NCBI GenBank assembly: GCA_002269645.1
Contig: NIVC01001385.1
Coordinates: 1-64,000 of the forward strand
From: Macrostomum lignano
Taxonomy: Eukaryota
Length of the DNA: 64,000 nt
Reading direction: 5' to 3'
Both the position numbers and the translations under genes were made by a program. The notes under the pieces are model-generated. The model was not told the DNA's origin. It did not search any database and saw only the letters and a list, made by a program, of their open reading frames with translations. This document shows positions 37,401-50,000 of the stretch, one piece after another. Numbering within the stretch: position 1 is the stretch's first letter; the number at the start of each line of letters is the position of its first letter.

Positions 37401-37954
37401 GATTGACTGACTGACTGACTGATGAAGTGATTGATTGACTAATACGATCTCCACTCTCACCTGCGCCAAACGCCCAGGTGTCACAGGCCAGCGGCAGCCG
37501 CGGTCCGAACCTGGATTATGTTCGCCGTCTGGTGGACTTCGTCCGCCTGCAGACCCGCGGGGTGATCGATCGCGACCTCGACACGAAACGGGTGCTGCGA
37601 TTGGCCACCAGCGAAAACTCCAACGATCAGCGACTGCAATCTCCTCCTCCTTCGCAGCAGCAGCAGCATCTGGAATACAAGAGGGAGCGAGAAGATGACC
37701 GGGACAAGTCCACGGTGTTTCTGGTGCGCGAGGAGATGCTCAGCCAGATGGGAGGTCGCTCCTCCGACGATGCTGGGCGACGTCGCACCGGCCACCGGAA
37801 TCACCGGGATCACCAACGAATTTCGGCGGAACACGAGGAGCCACCAAAAGTGTCGACTGGCCACGCGGAGACGAAAGAAGCGAATAAAAAAAAGAAAAAG
37901 AAAGCCAAAAAGGATAAGAAAAGAAAGTCGCGTGAGAAAATTGGAAAGCGATGA
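36160..37954 (+). CDS. CHAC: ChaC-like (glutathione-specific gamma-glutamylcyclotransferase family) protein with a Lys/Arg/Glu-rich C-terminal extension; exons 36160-36423, 36940-37200, 37478-37954 (~333 aa)
   Basis: [57 protein letters not shown]|[23 protein letters not shown] align to ChaC motifs; all junctions phase-0 GT-AG. Confidence 0.88.
36428..36895. repeat. Degenerate ~28-bp minisatellite (gctgctgattggctggctgggaattgcag) in ChaC intron 1
   Basis: Diverged tandem copies. Confidence 0.85.
37207..37440. repeat. (GATA)n then (GACT)n microsatellite in ChaC intron 2
   Basis: Tetranucleotide runs. Confidence 0.97.
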
Positions 37955-40927
37955 TGACATTGTGGAGGAGAGTGGCCGATTAACTATGCGGACTAACAGT
38001 GAAAATTAATGAAAAATAACAAAAATTCATTTACGCTCGTGATGTACGCGAAATGAACACTAAATACATAGTTGAAAATCCAGACTAATCAATTTTCCGT
38101 GTTTTCTCTTAAAATTCTTTCTAGAAACACAATCGTACTGCGTCATATGCATGTAAAGTACATTTTCCAATTCGGTTTATGCAGCGAATGGACTGTTTGC
38201 ACCATCGACTTCTCCAGTTCCACATACATGTAAGCTAATCCCTAATCCTTAATCCCTAATCCTCTCCGAGCCAATTTTCGTTTCGTAGAATTTCTGAAGG
38301 ATGTCTGTCTGGGGGTTGGGGATTTCTCAGCTGATGGAAGCTGGAGTGAAGATGAGGCAAAGTAGCAGTCAGTCAATAATATTCCTTCCATTTTTTGTTT
38401 CTCTAGTCTAGGAGAGAGTGGCTGTACGACCGGCCCACCCGCATCGTTGCCACTTGTAATGCAACTCTTGGATGCTCCTGTTGCATTCTACTCCCGAGAA
38501 TGAGCGAGTGGGTGGGATAGGGAGAGGAAGAGAGGAAGAGAGACTTGGTATTGGAGAATCGGGTCGATTGTGCCCCAAAAAACTGCGTGCACTCGGTTCG
38601 GCCAGAATCTGCATGCAGGCTTGTCCGGAAGAGATAGCCCCGCGGGGTCCGCAACCATTCCCGCGCTGATCCCGACAGGCATGACAAATGGTTGAGCAGC
38701 ACTGCACTGCAGCAGGGCTCTGCAGAGACGGAACTACGCCAACTTTAGCAACTTTTATTTTCCATCCGGGATCTGCATAGTTAATTGCGCTGTTTGGTTT
38801 TGAATTGTGGTTCCGGCTCCGCGGGTTTCGCTAGAAAATTGTCCGCGGCATGCATTTCTACGAATGCAGGACCGTCATTATGGAGAGAGAGAGAAAGGGA
38901 GAGTGGCCGCTGAGGGAGATTCTAACTTTGCCCCCCACCCAGTCTGAACTCTCCCTTTTCTTTTCTCGCCCTGCATCTGCCAAGCCAGCCAATTTCAATT
39001 CTACTGACCGACCCCGGGGCCCGGGCACTCTGCCCGTCCGGCACCCAGCGCGTCCCAAATTATTAATGAGCCGGCGCCTCTCTCACCCCGACCGTGCACT
39101 TCCCTCTCTCAAATTTCTCGCATGCAATTTCTCTAGGTTTTTTATCCCTCGCCTCCCCATCCTCATAATGCAAGCTTGAACTGATGGGTCTCCCCCTGCC
39201 TGCCTGCAAGCCCCAACCTAGATATGAGGGGTTCTGCAACTGAGAACCCGGAATGCCAACTTGCAGAGAGATTCTTTGTGTCACGGTTTTTTTTTCTAAA
39301 CTTCCTGTGCAGTCCTGGAAGAAACTTTCGAGATAGTTTTGATAGAATTTGATAAAGTTTCTGAATGGACAAGGAAATTTGTGTGTTTGAGTTAGTATTC
39401 CGAAGTCCTAGATACCCTTGCCCAACAACTCCCCATTCTGCATCAGATAGGATCGTATTTTTTGGTGGACCTCGAGATCGGCGCGATATTCACGCCCAAT
39501 AATTGACCTATGAAATGGCGGCCGCAGGATCACGGGCTCTGAGGTCACCTCTCCATCTGTTTACGACCTGCTATCTCATCCCGTAGTTCCCCTAATGCTC
39601 TCTCTCTCTCTTCCTCTCTCGCGGATCCCTCTTGGACTCATGGTGAAGCCTGTTTCGTCGTCCTCGTGTTACCGACCTGTCTTCGACATGGGGATAGGGG
39701 CTTAAGCATTCTCTATGCCCCATGCCTGCTCCATGGTCTCTGTGTCTCTCGTTTCCCCTCTCCTATCCAGCCCCATAGCCGCTATGCGGTCCCGCAGCAT
39801 GCGCTTGTAGGTCTGTGAGTGTGTGTGAGTGAGTGTGTGTTGAGGCTGAGGGCTGAAATTGGGGTGGCTGGGGGGCCGATGAGGATTTTGGGAAACGAGT
39901 GAGCCGGGCGATCTCCCTGCCCTGCACGCGTCCCCGGTTTCTCTCCCTCTCTCGCCCCCTCTCTCCCCTCTTCCATTCCCTTCTAAAAGCCTTCCTAAGC
40001 CCCTCTAGAAGCAGCCGGAGTGGCAGCGCAGCATCAGTTGTGGCTGCTGCAACACTGCAGACTTTTGTCCAATTTACATTTCTATCTGTCTCACTTTCAC
40101 ATCCCCAATTTCCATTCATCCGCGACAATATGTGAGCGAGACGTTGGAGCTTGCTTGGCTGTTTGGCCTTACAAAATTGCTCCGAGAGTTCAGCTGGAGC
40201 CAGGCCGCACATAAAAAGCCGCGCAGCACGATGGTTTTGACTTCCGAGTCCAGATAATAGCCACCCACGAGTCCAACAGCATGATCAACTTTCTGTCTAG
40301 GCCGTTCATCAAGCTGAAGAGAGTAAGTTTTGCATCAATTCAAAGTTTGAAAGCTCAGTTAAATCTTGCAGAAATTTCTTTCGCATTGGAAATTGATGTT
40401 AGGCGTTTTTATTTCTTGCTAGATGTCTCTTGTAGACGTCTCCCACTTCCTGGGAATTACCAGGTATCTGGACTTATCCCGTACAGTAATCAGCCGAGGT
40501 CGATGATGACGTCATTATCCTTCGATGCAATGTAAAAGTACATCCTAACATATTTGTCATCGACGTCGATAGACGTCTGGATTCCGTTCATAGGGGGTTC
40601 ATTTGCTACAATTTTTAGGGGACTCTTCATCCTAGAACTTGCCACGCACTCACACAGGCTCACTGTAAGGCATGTACGCACATTTTGTGCCTTCGCGGTT
40701 GGACTTTACGGATGTGAATGGAATCGAACCCATGAATTCTTCGGCGCCATTGAGCTGGTCAGCCTCTTTGAAGCTAATTGCCTCCGATGTGACTTTAAGG
40801 AGCAGCACGGTTGACTTATCAAAAGTTTCGCTTACCAAATTTCAGAGTTGGCGTTGAAATCGTTCTATTAATAGAGAGAGGGAAAGTCCATTGATCTTTC
40901 AACGCGCGGAAGCACGCGATTAGTACC

Positions 40928-41039
40928 TATATAAGGATAGTCAACTCCTCTCTCTACTCACCCGACCTTCCTCGTCTTTGCTTTGATGTTGAGTCGAAGA
41001 GAAAGGGACTAAAGAGCGCCGAGTGACCGTAGCTGCCGC
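40928..41039 (+). promoter_or_regulatory. Candidate TATA box (TATATAA, 40928-34) and non-coding first exon of the poly-Q gene
   Basis: TATA ~30 nt before a pyrimidine-rich Inr-like stretch; donor GC|GTGAGT at 41040; acceptor AACAG| at 41555 before the coding exon. Confidence 0.4.
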
Positions 41040-41564
41040 GTGAGTTTTCACCGGCTTTTGGCTTTTTTAGAGCCCAGCAACCGTTCCGGCCCTAAAGTAA
41101 GAAGCTGGTGTTGAAGGTGAAAATATTAAAGTAGAAAAGAGTGAAGTCTCTTCCGGACTGCCGTAGTCGCTATAAGAGACCAGCGGTTCAATGAGATTCT
41201 TTGAACAATTGTCAGTTTAAATGATTTGACTTTCACCCGTAATTGCAATCAAGAAACTCCATCTCTAAAAAGCTTATACACGTACGTAACTGAACGTAAG
41301 GAAGAAAAACGACTCCCTAAAATCTTCTGGAGACAGTCGAAGTACAATCAGAGAGGAGGCAGTTGAGCATACCCATGTATTGGTACATGTGTGAAAGCAA
41401 ACACTTACACTGGGGTGTTGTTACACTCTGTGCTTTATTGGTTGTACCAAGAAGCCTCGAGCCACCATTCCGTGCATGAATCGAAGCTACAAATGTCCTC
41501 ATTCAAAGCCCAACTGACAATTGCCTCTCCCCTTTGACTGTGATTGATCGAACAGGAGCTGGAG

Positions 41565-42100
41565 ATGAGGACAAGCTCCAGAAGCGGTTCGCCAGAGCGA
41601 CTCTCTACCGCTTCAATGCTTGAAATAGACCGCGAGTTGGCCGCCCAGCAACCGGTCCCCCTGGTGGGCGTTCAGGTCTATCAGCAACAGCGCAGCTCAA
41701 AATCTAGCACCGGTGAGACTCGATATTTTGAATCAATTTTACTTGATAGCAAAGCTATCTGAGTTGCTCGCTGGTCTAAGAGTCAGCATGAGGATAAGCG
41801 CAAGATTCGGTCATCGACCTGGCCTGGGTTCGTCCCCAGGCGCGGAGGCTTGCCGAGTGACACTGCTCCTGTTTTTTCAGACCTAACTATCTTACAGTAG
41901 TTTCTCTAAGCAATGCGGGGTTACCGATTGCATACTACCAAGCGTTTGTGGTCTTTCTTATAGACTCATCGCCAAGACGACGGACCAAGTCAGAGGCGCC
42001 TCTGGCGGCGGCTGCATCTGCATCAGCCACCGCCGCTGCGGACTCTTCACCTTGGTTGACGCCACCGGCTAGTCAGCCGTTTTATCAGCAACAGCAGCAT

Positions 42101-42161
<61 letters not shown>

Positions 42162-44050
42162 TGGTTAATCATTGCTCGACAGCTCCTCAAAGGTTACAGC
42201 TGCCACGTCGACGCCTGATAGCAGCTTCCGACTCGCGACTGAATGAGACTTCAGCTGGTGATGACGGCGACAACGGCGAAGGCTCCGCTGCGCAGCGCGA
42301 TCCCACGCCAATATTTCAACGCCGCCAGCAGCAACAGCTACAACAGCAGCAGCAATTGGACCAACTGCTGCCTTCTAGACAGCAACTAGAGGCCATCAGA
42401 TTCGGGAAGCCCGGGTCTAGCGTTTCATTTCGTCTTAAGCCGACTTTCTCTGATCCGCACCCGCCACCGCCGCCGCCTCCGCCGCTGCCACAACCTCAGC
42501 CTCAGCCGCCTCCGCCAGAGGAAGACCCAGAGGATCCTGCAGGTCACACGGACCGGCTTCTGCGGGACACGGCCACCCTCTTGCACGACATGGAGGCCCG
42601 TCTGGCTAGAGGGTCCGTCGACAACATCCCCTACGCAGACGAGGAGGCCGCTGACGAAGCTGGCGGCGGCGGTTACTTTGCTCAGGGTGACGCGTGCGAC
42701 GACTTTGCGGACAGCGTGTACGTCGATGAGGACGAGGATGGGAACCTGTCATCAGACTCGGCTGAGACCATCGGGGCAGCTGGCGTCGCATTTTCTGCGA
42801 CCTCGCCGCGGCAGATGGACAGAAAGCGAGGCTCCCTGCCCGCTCTGAGCGGCTCCTTTGTACCGCCGATGCAGAATTCGTTTCATCAGTACCATCTGCC
42901 GCAGCAGCCGCAGCAACAGCAGCAGCAACAAGAACAACAGAATCAGCAGCAGAAAAACACAAAGCACAGAGGTATTCGTTTGCGACTGTTTGGAGGTCGG
43001 CATCGCCAGCAAAAACAGCAGCAGCAGCAGCAACAACAGCAGCAACAGAAGCAACAACAACAACAACAAAAGCAACAACTGCAGCACCAGCAACATCATC
43101 AACAGCAACATCATCAACAGCAACAACAACAACAGCAGCAGCAGCAGCAAAACCATCAATTGTTGCTGATGATGAGACGCCAGTTCTCAGCTAGTAGCGC
43201 CGGATCAATCGAGGACATGCGCAATTCGGTTTCCCGTCACAGTCTGATTCAGCTGCAGCAGCAGCTAAACCAGCAGCAGTACCCCTACCAGAGCCACTAC
43301 CAGCCCCAGCATCAGTACCAAAGCGCCTGGAGGTACAGCTCGGTATCGGAGCTGAGTCGAATCCGGGAGACGTCTTTCGATGGAGTAGGGTTTTCCAGTT
43401 TCCTGTCTAAGAAATCGGTAAGTGCCTATGATAGATAGACATAAGGACTGTTGGGAGTACCAGCTGCTTCGGTTTCTGTATGCTTCAAAGCCAAAAATTA
43501 ACCTCGAATTCAGGAGTCTCCGCAGCAGCTGTCGCAGTTCTCCACACTGCCGCATATTCGGCATCATCCGCGTCAGCAAGCCGCGTCAGCAGCTACAATG
43601 GCCAGTGGCAGCGGAAGCGGCACAAGCGGCATCGGTGGTCGCCACGCGTCGGCGTTCTCGCCGTTCGACGCCAAGCTGCCAACTTCCAGCTTCGCCGCAT
43701 CTTCGTCGTTCCCACGCAATCGGAGCCGTTCCGTCGCCATCCTGTCGAATGCATCGGCCGCGACGACTCCGAACTACGACAGTGACTTGCTGGCTGCCAG
43801 CCTGCTGCAGGTCGCGCAGAAGCTACGTCGCTGCTCAGACGACCTGCTGGGGAAACTGCGGCGCAGTCGGCATCTGAGCCGGACGCCCAGCCCAGCCGAG
43901 GAGCTGCTGCTGCGCCAGCGAAGCCTAGACGGAGGCGGAGGCACCAGCGGTGGCAGCAACCGTCTTCCGGAGACTCTTCATTGCTGCATTCACAACCTGC
44001 GCGCCGTACAATACCAGCTGAACTGTGAGTTGAGTTCGAATGGTAATTAG
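41565..44050 (+). CDS. Uncharacterized low-complexity poly-Gln/poly-Pro protein; exons 41565-41712, 41964-43417, 43514-44050 (~712 aa)
   Basis: In-frame GT-AG junctions (ACCG|GTGAGA, TATAG|AC; TCG|GTAAGT, TTCAG|GAG); long GC-rich open exon; mixed CAA/CAG runs; no recognisable domain. Confidence 0.7.
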
Positions 44051-46139
44051 CCCGGAAAGAAATAAATAAATCAATGTACGAGAAACAGACACAAATTTTA
44101 AAAGTTCTGAAATTCTTAAAAGCCATTTGTTGAAATCGCAAAGTCAAGTTACCAGAAGAGCCGTGACAGGTGACGGAAACGCTTAAAATGTACATATAAA
44201 AGTACAGCAAAGATTCTAGACGTCACGTGACAACTATTCATAGTTAAATGTGTACGTGAGTAAAGCGTCGAGAGTCTCGGGCAAGTAAATGTTACAATAA
44301 AGGTTCCATGACCGATGTTTAGGCCTAAAAATATAGAACCAAGTGTCAATGAAATTGAGAAGTAGTACATTGTCTCCAACAGAAAAATTCAGGTCGGTGA
44401 CAGTCGATACACGTCGTCTGTGATGCTTCCGATTCTGCGTCGCATCTTCTCGACTGTATAGTTATAACTGGCGTTCCCAAGTTGTCATGCGGAAGTCCAG
44501 GTGCGTAGTAGTCGTCCCAGGTGGCCTAATTGTCATCTTTTGCAGAGCCGCCACGAAGCTTTGGTTCAGTTGTTCATATTGACCATTTGTGCGCGTACCG
44601 CTTGCCAATCTTCTCGGCAGACAGTTTATCAATAAAGAATTCAGGTAATGTAGCTCGATTGATGAAAAGTAAGTCGATAAAAGAAATAGTCAACATTAAT
44701 TATATTCGGCTTTTCAATGCCGATGCATTTCATTCACAATGGACATCGTCGAGCTCACTAACTTTATTAAACGAAGTACGGCTCGTAAGAAATTGTTCTT
44801 ATATTAATTTAAGCTTGGTATCGTTCGTGAGCACAGAGGATGTCCATTGTGGACGAAATGCGTCGGCATTGAAAAGCATAATCTAGTTCCTGTTGATCAT
44901 TTGTTTCATCTACTTACTTTTCATCACTGAGTTATTGAATTCGCGCCCTTGATCCCTAAGTAGAGTGTCGGGTCATTAGGAAAACAGAATGCCCTGCAAA
45001 GCTCCTCTGCAGCCGTCCGTGTGTTGGTCTTGGGTAGCACAGAGGCAGGTGAAAAATGGCTGAACTTGCAACGGATAATGAGCAGACATTGAATCAGCAG
45101 GCAAAAACGGCGGTGGGGCTGGAGGCCTCAGGCAGGGGACCAGCAAAAGACCATGTCGAGGTCTTTGCCAGGCTATCGGCTAACTCGTTACGCAATTATA
45201 TATATGTGTGTTTGTGTTATTGTCCCTCTGTTCCCTATAATAGCTGATGGTATACTAAATGTCATAACACCGGTAAAAACAACTCCCACATTCCCGCCGC
45301 AGTGATCGAGCACGCCATATTTCCTCAGGCAAAGAGTGGGCGAAATTCAGCGCTGGGAAGCTGCTCAGAATCCGAGTACCTGATGGAGCGGGACAGAATC
45401 CATGGCGAGCTGCGCGGCTTTCGCCCGATCGATCCAGGCGGCGGGGCGCAGCAGCAGCAGCAATAGCAGCAACAATAGCTCGTACGACCTACTCATAGCA
45501 GAGAAAAAAAAGAATAATCCAAACTCTTCATTGCTTGTACCTCGTGTAATAATTTGCTTCCAGTTCAAACTGCTTTCTTTTTGTCATAAACAGCTGTCAG
45601 GACGCGTCTTTCCTCTGAACATCGTTTCGAAAAGGAACAAAATAACAATAGGAACTTTATAGTCAGCGTTTGAGCAAAATTATTCTTTCTCTTAGGTCAA
45701 AAATCTATTGTACTTCGTCGATAGCTGCTTCACAAACATTAGTTATATAACTCTTATTTTTAATCTTTTCTATCTCACCATCCCGCAACAATGTCAGGCT
45801 TCTGACTTCAACGATAGCAACGATAATCCGCGTGACAACCATTTTTATATTGTGCTAATTAGTCAGTTTAGTAACTCTGAATAAAATTAGATGTTGAACA
45901 AGTTTGCTAAAGCTTTGATGTTTGCAACTGTGTGTGAGGCTAAGAATTTTGTGCGTGCAGTTTACATTTCGATGAAATTATTAAAACTATTGCATTGACG
46001 ACCAGATCTAATCTTGGGATCTATACATTTGTTCTATCTGATCTATCTTGCTCTGTCTGATCTACGAGTATCTGATCTATCTGATCTGTTTTATCAAGAT
46101 TTGTTTTATCAAGCTACATCATTTCTTCTACAGAAAAAG

Positions 46140-46450
46140 ACACAACACTAGCTATTTGATCTATAAGAACGGACACAACACAAGCTAGTTGATCTATAAG
46201 AACGGACACAACACAAGCTATTTGATCTATAAGAACGGACACAACACAAGCTAGTTGATCTATAAGAACGGACACAACACAAGCTAGTTGATCTATAAGA
46301 ACGGACACAACACAAGCTATTTGATCTATAAGAACGGACACAACACAAGCTAGTTGATCTATAAGAACGGACACAACACAAGCTATTTGATTTATAAGAA
46401 CGGACACAACACTAGCTATTTGATCTATAAGAACGGACACAACACAATAG
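46140..46450. repeat. 33-bp tandem repeat (gatctataagaacggacacaacacaagctattt) beyond the RasGRP stop codon
   Basis: ~9-10 copies. Confidence 0.95.
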
Positions 46451-46590
46451 CTAATCAAGCAGACACATAATAAAATTTTATTAGTGATGACAAACTAATC
46501 TAGCTGATCTAATGTGAATCGATCAAAATTGATGCATATTAGTCAGACTGTTTGTGTCAGAGGCAGGTGATTTTCGCATCAGCTCCCGAC

Positions 46591-46810
46591 TCAAATCTCC
46601 GTGTCGAACGGCATGCCGAGCGCCTTGCTCTGCTGCACAATGAAGCTGAGGGTCTCCATGCGCATCTCAGCCATGGACTCGCGGAGCTCCTCGATGAGTG
46701 CAGACTGGCTGGCGACAGTTTGACGCAGCTCCATAGCCTCTTGATGCAGCTGGGAGTTCTCCTGCGTTTTGCGGTGAAGTAAATTTTGTTAGTTAGTTAG
46801 TTAGTCAGTC

Positions 46811-46869
<59 letters not shown>

Positions 46870-46886
46870 CAGTTAGTTAGTTAGTC

Positions 46887-46922
<36 letters not shown>

Positions 46923-46987
46923 GGTTAGTTAGTTAGTTGGTTAGTTAGTTAGTTAGTTGGTTAGTTAGTTAGTTAGTTAGTTAGTTG

Positions 46988-47077
<90 letters not shown>

Positions 47078-50000
47078 CAGTTACCTGAGCAACTCTAACT
47101 GCCTCAGCCACCAGGCTGTCCGGCTCAGTTTGGCTTTCTTCCACTCTGCCGGCCCGCATCGATGATGGAGACGGCGAGGCTGATGAAGCGGAACCGCCGG
47201 AAGCTGAGGCCGAATTCGAAGTCGACCTGCCGATGCTGCCAGAATTCGAGCCTGCAGGGTTTGTTTAGCGGTCCATAATTTGAATCTATAAAGTGAGATT
47301 GAACCTCGAGCCTCGAGATGAGCCGTTTTAGGACCTGCGCCTGGACCTGGTCTTCGGGTTCTACCAGCAGCTTAGCTCAAACTCTCAGCAGCATGCACTT
47401 ACCATCTGCCGAGGAGCTGTACTTTGCGCTGTGGCCCCGGCACTCAATGACAACAGCGTCTTTGCAGTGCTTGTGCACGCTGATGCCGCAGTCTCGGCAC
47501 TTCCAGCCCTGTCGTCGGATGCCCCACAACAGGCCGGAGCATCTGTCGCAGAAAGTTGGCCGGAAGTACGTGTTCACGTGGAAGTTGTGGCTAAAGCTCA
47601 TCTTGAGCGCTTGCGAGTCTATCCGAGTGAAGTAGGCTTGCATCTCCGCCTTGGAAATTTTTCCATCGCTGGAGTTGAAGGAAGGTTTCGTCTTGTATTT
47701 TTTAAATTGGTTTTTAATAGACATGTGCGGTGCGCAGACTTCGAGCCTTAAAGTATATTGGGACATTTAGAGAGGTTCGTGAAGTGTTTTGTTTGATGGT
47801 TAAGGCGGAGAGGGGTACGTGAGGTGGTTGGTTTGATGGTTAAGGCGGAGAGGGTTACGTGAGGTGGTTGGTTTGATGGTAAAGGCGGAGAGGGGTACGT
47901 GAGGTGGTTGGTTTGATGGTTGTTTTAAGCGCCAGGGTTAAGTTAAGTATTAAATTTCTACAAGAAGCCTATTTAAAATTGTCTGACTGCTCACCAGTCG
48001 GTGTCCAGAACAGAGAAGGAGTCCATGAAGGGAAAATTCTCTGTAACCTGTTGAAACTCGGCCTCAGATATGAGGCCGTCCTTGTCGTGATCGTAGACTT
48101 TGAAAACGGCCTAAATTATTAGCGAATAGTTGCAATAAAATTTCCGATGGCATGGAAAAATATACAAGCGTAAAATAATAAAATGACTACATGTACCTCC
48201 ACCATGCCGCAAGTGTGCCGTTTTGAAGTCTCAGCGTCCTCCAACTGTGGCCCGGATATCCACTGGGCAAATTTCACAGTCTTGGGCAGCGGAGCTGCTG
48301 GTGACTGCAATTTGGTTTGTTTTTGTGGGGCGATAGACCGTCTCTGTCGATGTTTCACAGGTGTTTTGCCCATTATTGCAAAAGAAAACTATAAGAGAAA
48401 ATTGCAATAATCGTCCCAAGAAAAATCTTATCAACCAGGTGAGACCAAAGGCTAGCTAAATTGGAAGCCAGAACTTTCTTTGATCTATTAATAGATTGCT
48501 GGAATCTGCGAAATGGCTTGTTTTTTCACCGATTGGGGGTTATTAGGTAGGAGGTGGTTAGGTTTATTACGAGCTAAAGGGTTGAAGATATTTTTACTCT
48601 GATTAAGTAGGGGTGGCTGGCTTTATCGACTGGGGAGGGTGGTTAGCTTTGTCGAGTGGCGAGGGTGGTTTGGTTAGCTTTATCGACTGGGGAGGGGTGG
48701 TTAGCTTTATAGACTGGGGAGGGGTGGTTAGCTTTATAGACTGGGGAGGGGTGTTGGCTTTATCGACTGGGGAGGGGGTTGGCTTTATCGACTGGGGAGG
48801 GTGGTTGTTGGCTTTATCGACTGGGGAGGGTGGTTAGCTTTCTCGACTGGGGAGGGGGGTTGGCTTTATCGACTGGGGAGGGTGGTTGCATGGCTTTGTC
48901 GACTGGGGAGGGTGATTAGCTTTCTCGACTGGGGAGGGGTGGTTGGCTTTATCGACTGGGTAGGGTGGTTAGTTTTATTGACTGGGGAGGGGCATGATTG
49001 GCGTTTTCGACTGTGGAGGCATGATTAAGGGAGTGGTTGGCTCAGCCCTGGCAGGCTGTCTTGGAGGGGGATGGTTTTACATGTATTTGGCTCTCAAGGG
49101 TTGTTTGGCACTAAGGAAATCAAACCTACTGGTGAGGTTTGATTTCCTTTTACTTAATGGGGTTTGGTTATGCAGTTATGTGCATAAATGTACTAAAACT
49201 TACCAAAGCAAGAATTCTCGGCTCGCGCAGTAACGATATCTCGTAGATGTCGTCCTCGGTGTAGTGACACTCCAAGGATGGCTGAAGGGTTTAAAAACCA
49301 TGGAGAATATTTAATCACGTTAAAAAGTCTCTCTAATTCTAATGAATTCTAATGAAGTTGACAGTAAAGAAACACATCCAGTGAGGAGGTAAATAGTGAG
49401 GAGGCTGAGCACACTCGTACAGATTTTACATGCACGCACTCATAAATACGTTATGCCCTTGACTTTCTCATCGGCACACAGTGTAAACTCTCTGTGGCCT
49501 TGGTATAGCTGCCCTCATGATGCGAATCGCACAACAATATCCCGCCCAATTTTAGTACACCAGCAGTTCAGTACCAAGTTAGTATGGCCGCATCCGAGAA
49601 TCGAACTAAGGTCCCAGAGCCAAAGTCAGATGTGTTACGGTTGAGTTACTCGTTTGCATTCGAGTAAAAGATGCGTTATTATTAGCAGGAAAGAATCGGC
49701 GATGATTATTTTTGTCACTGAGCCATTCTTACCGTGAGCATAGAGCACAGTTTGACGCGTTCTTCCACAGGCAGCGGGCTACGCTGGGCAGCCATCAGCA
49801 GGTGCACAGTGCGCGACATCTTTGCGAGCTTGTCGAAGTTCACCAACTGCAGCTGAACTTTTTGAAGGCGATCGGGCAGAGCCGCGTTCATGTGAATCAG
49901 GTCCTTCAGGTGCACGGCTCTGAAATTCAAGGAATGAAAATCAGTTGAGAACAATGAGAATGTGACAGTCATTGGTAAGGGAAAGCTGTGAGAGTTCAAT

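Noticed and set aside
38234-38262. Telomere-like (CCCTAAT) repeats
   Set aside because: Only ~4 imperfect 7-mers and not the canonical TTAGGG hexamer.
38170-40300. Several 60-150-aa ORFs in CT/GA-rich DNA
   Set aside because: No recognisable motifs or consistent splice structure.
45010-45475. AVRVLVLGSTEAGEK, resembling a GTPase P-loop start, plus a downstream Gln-ending segment
   Set aside because: No GxxxxGKS/T, an early stop and no consistent spliced ORF.
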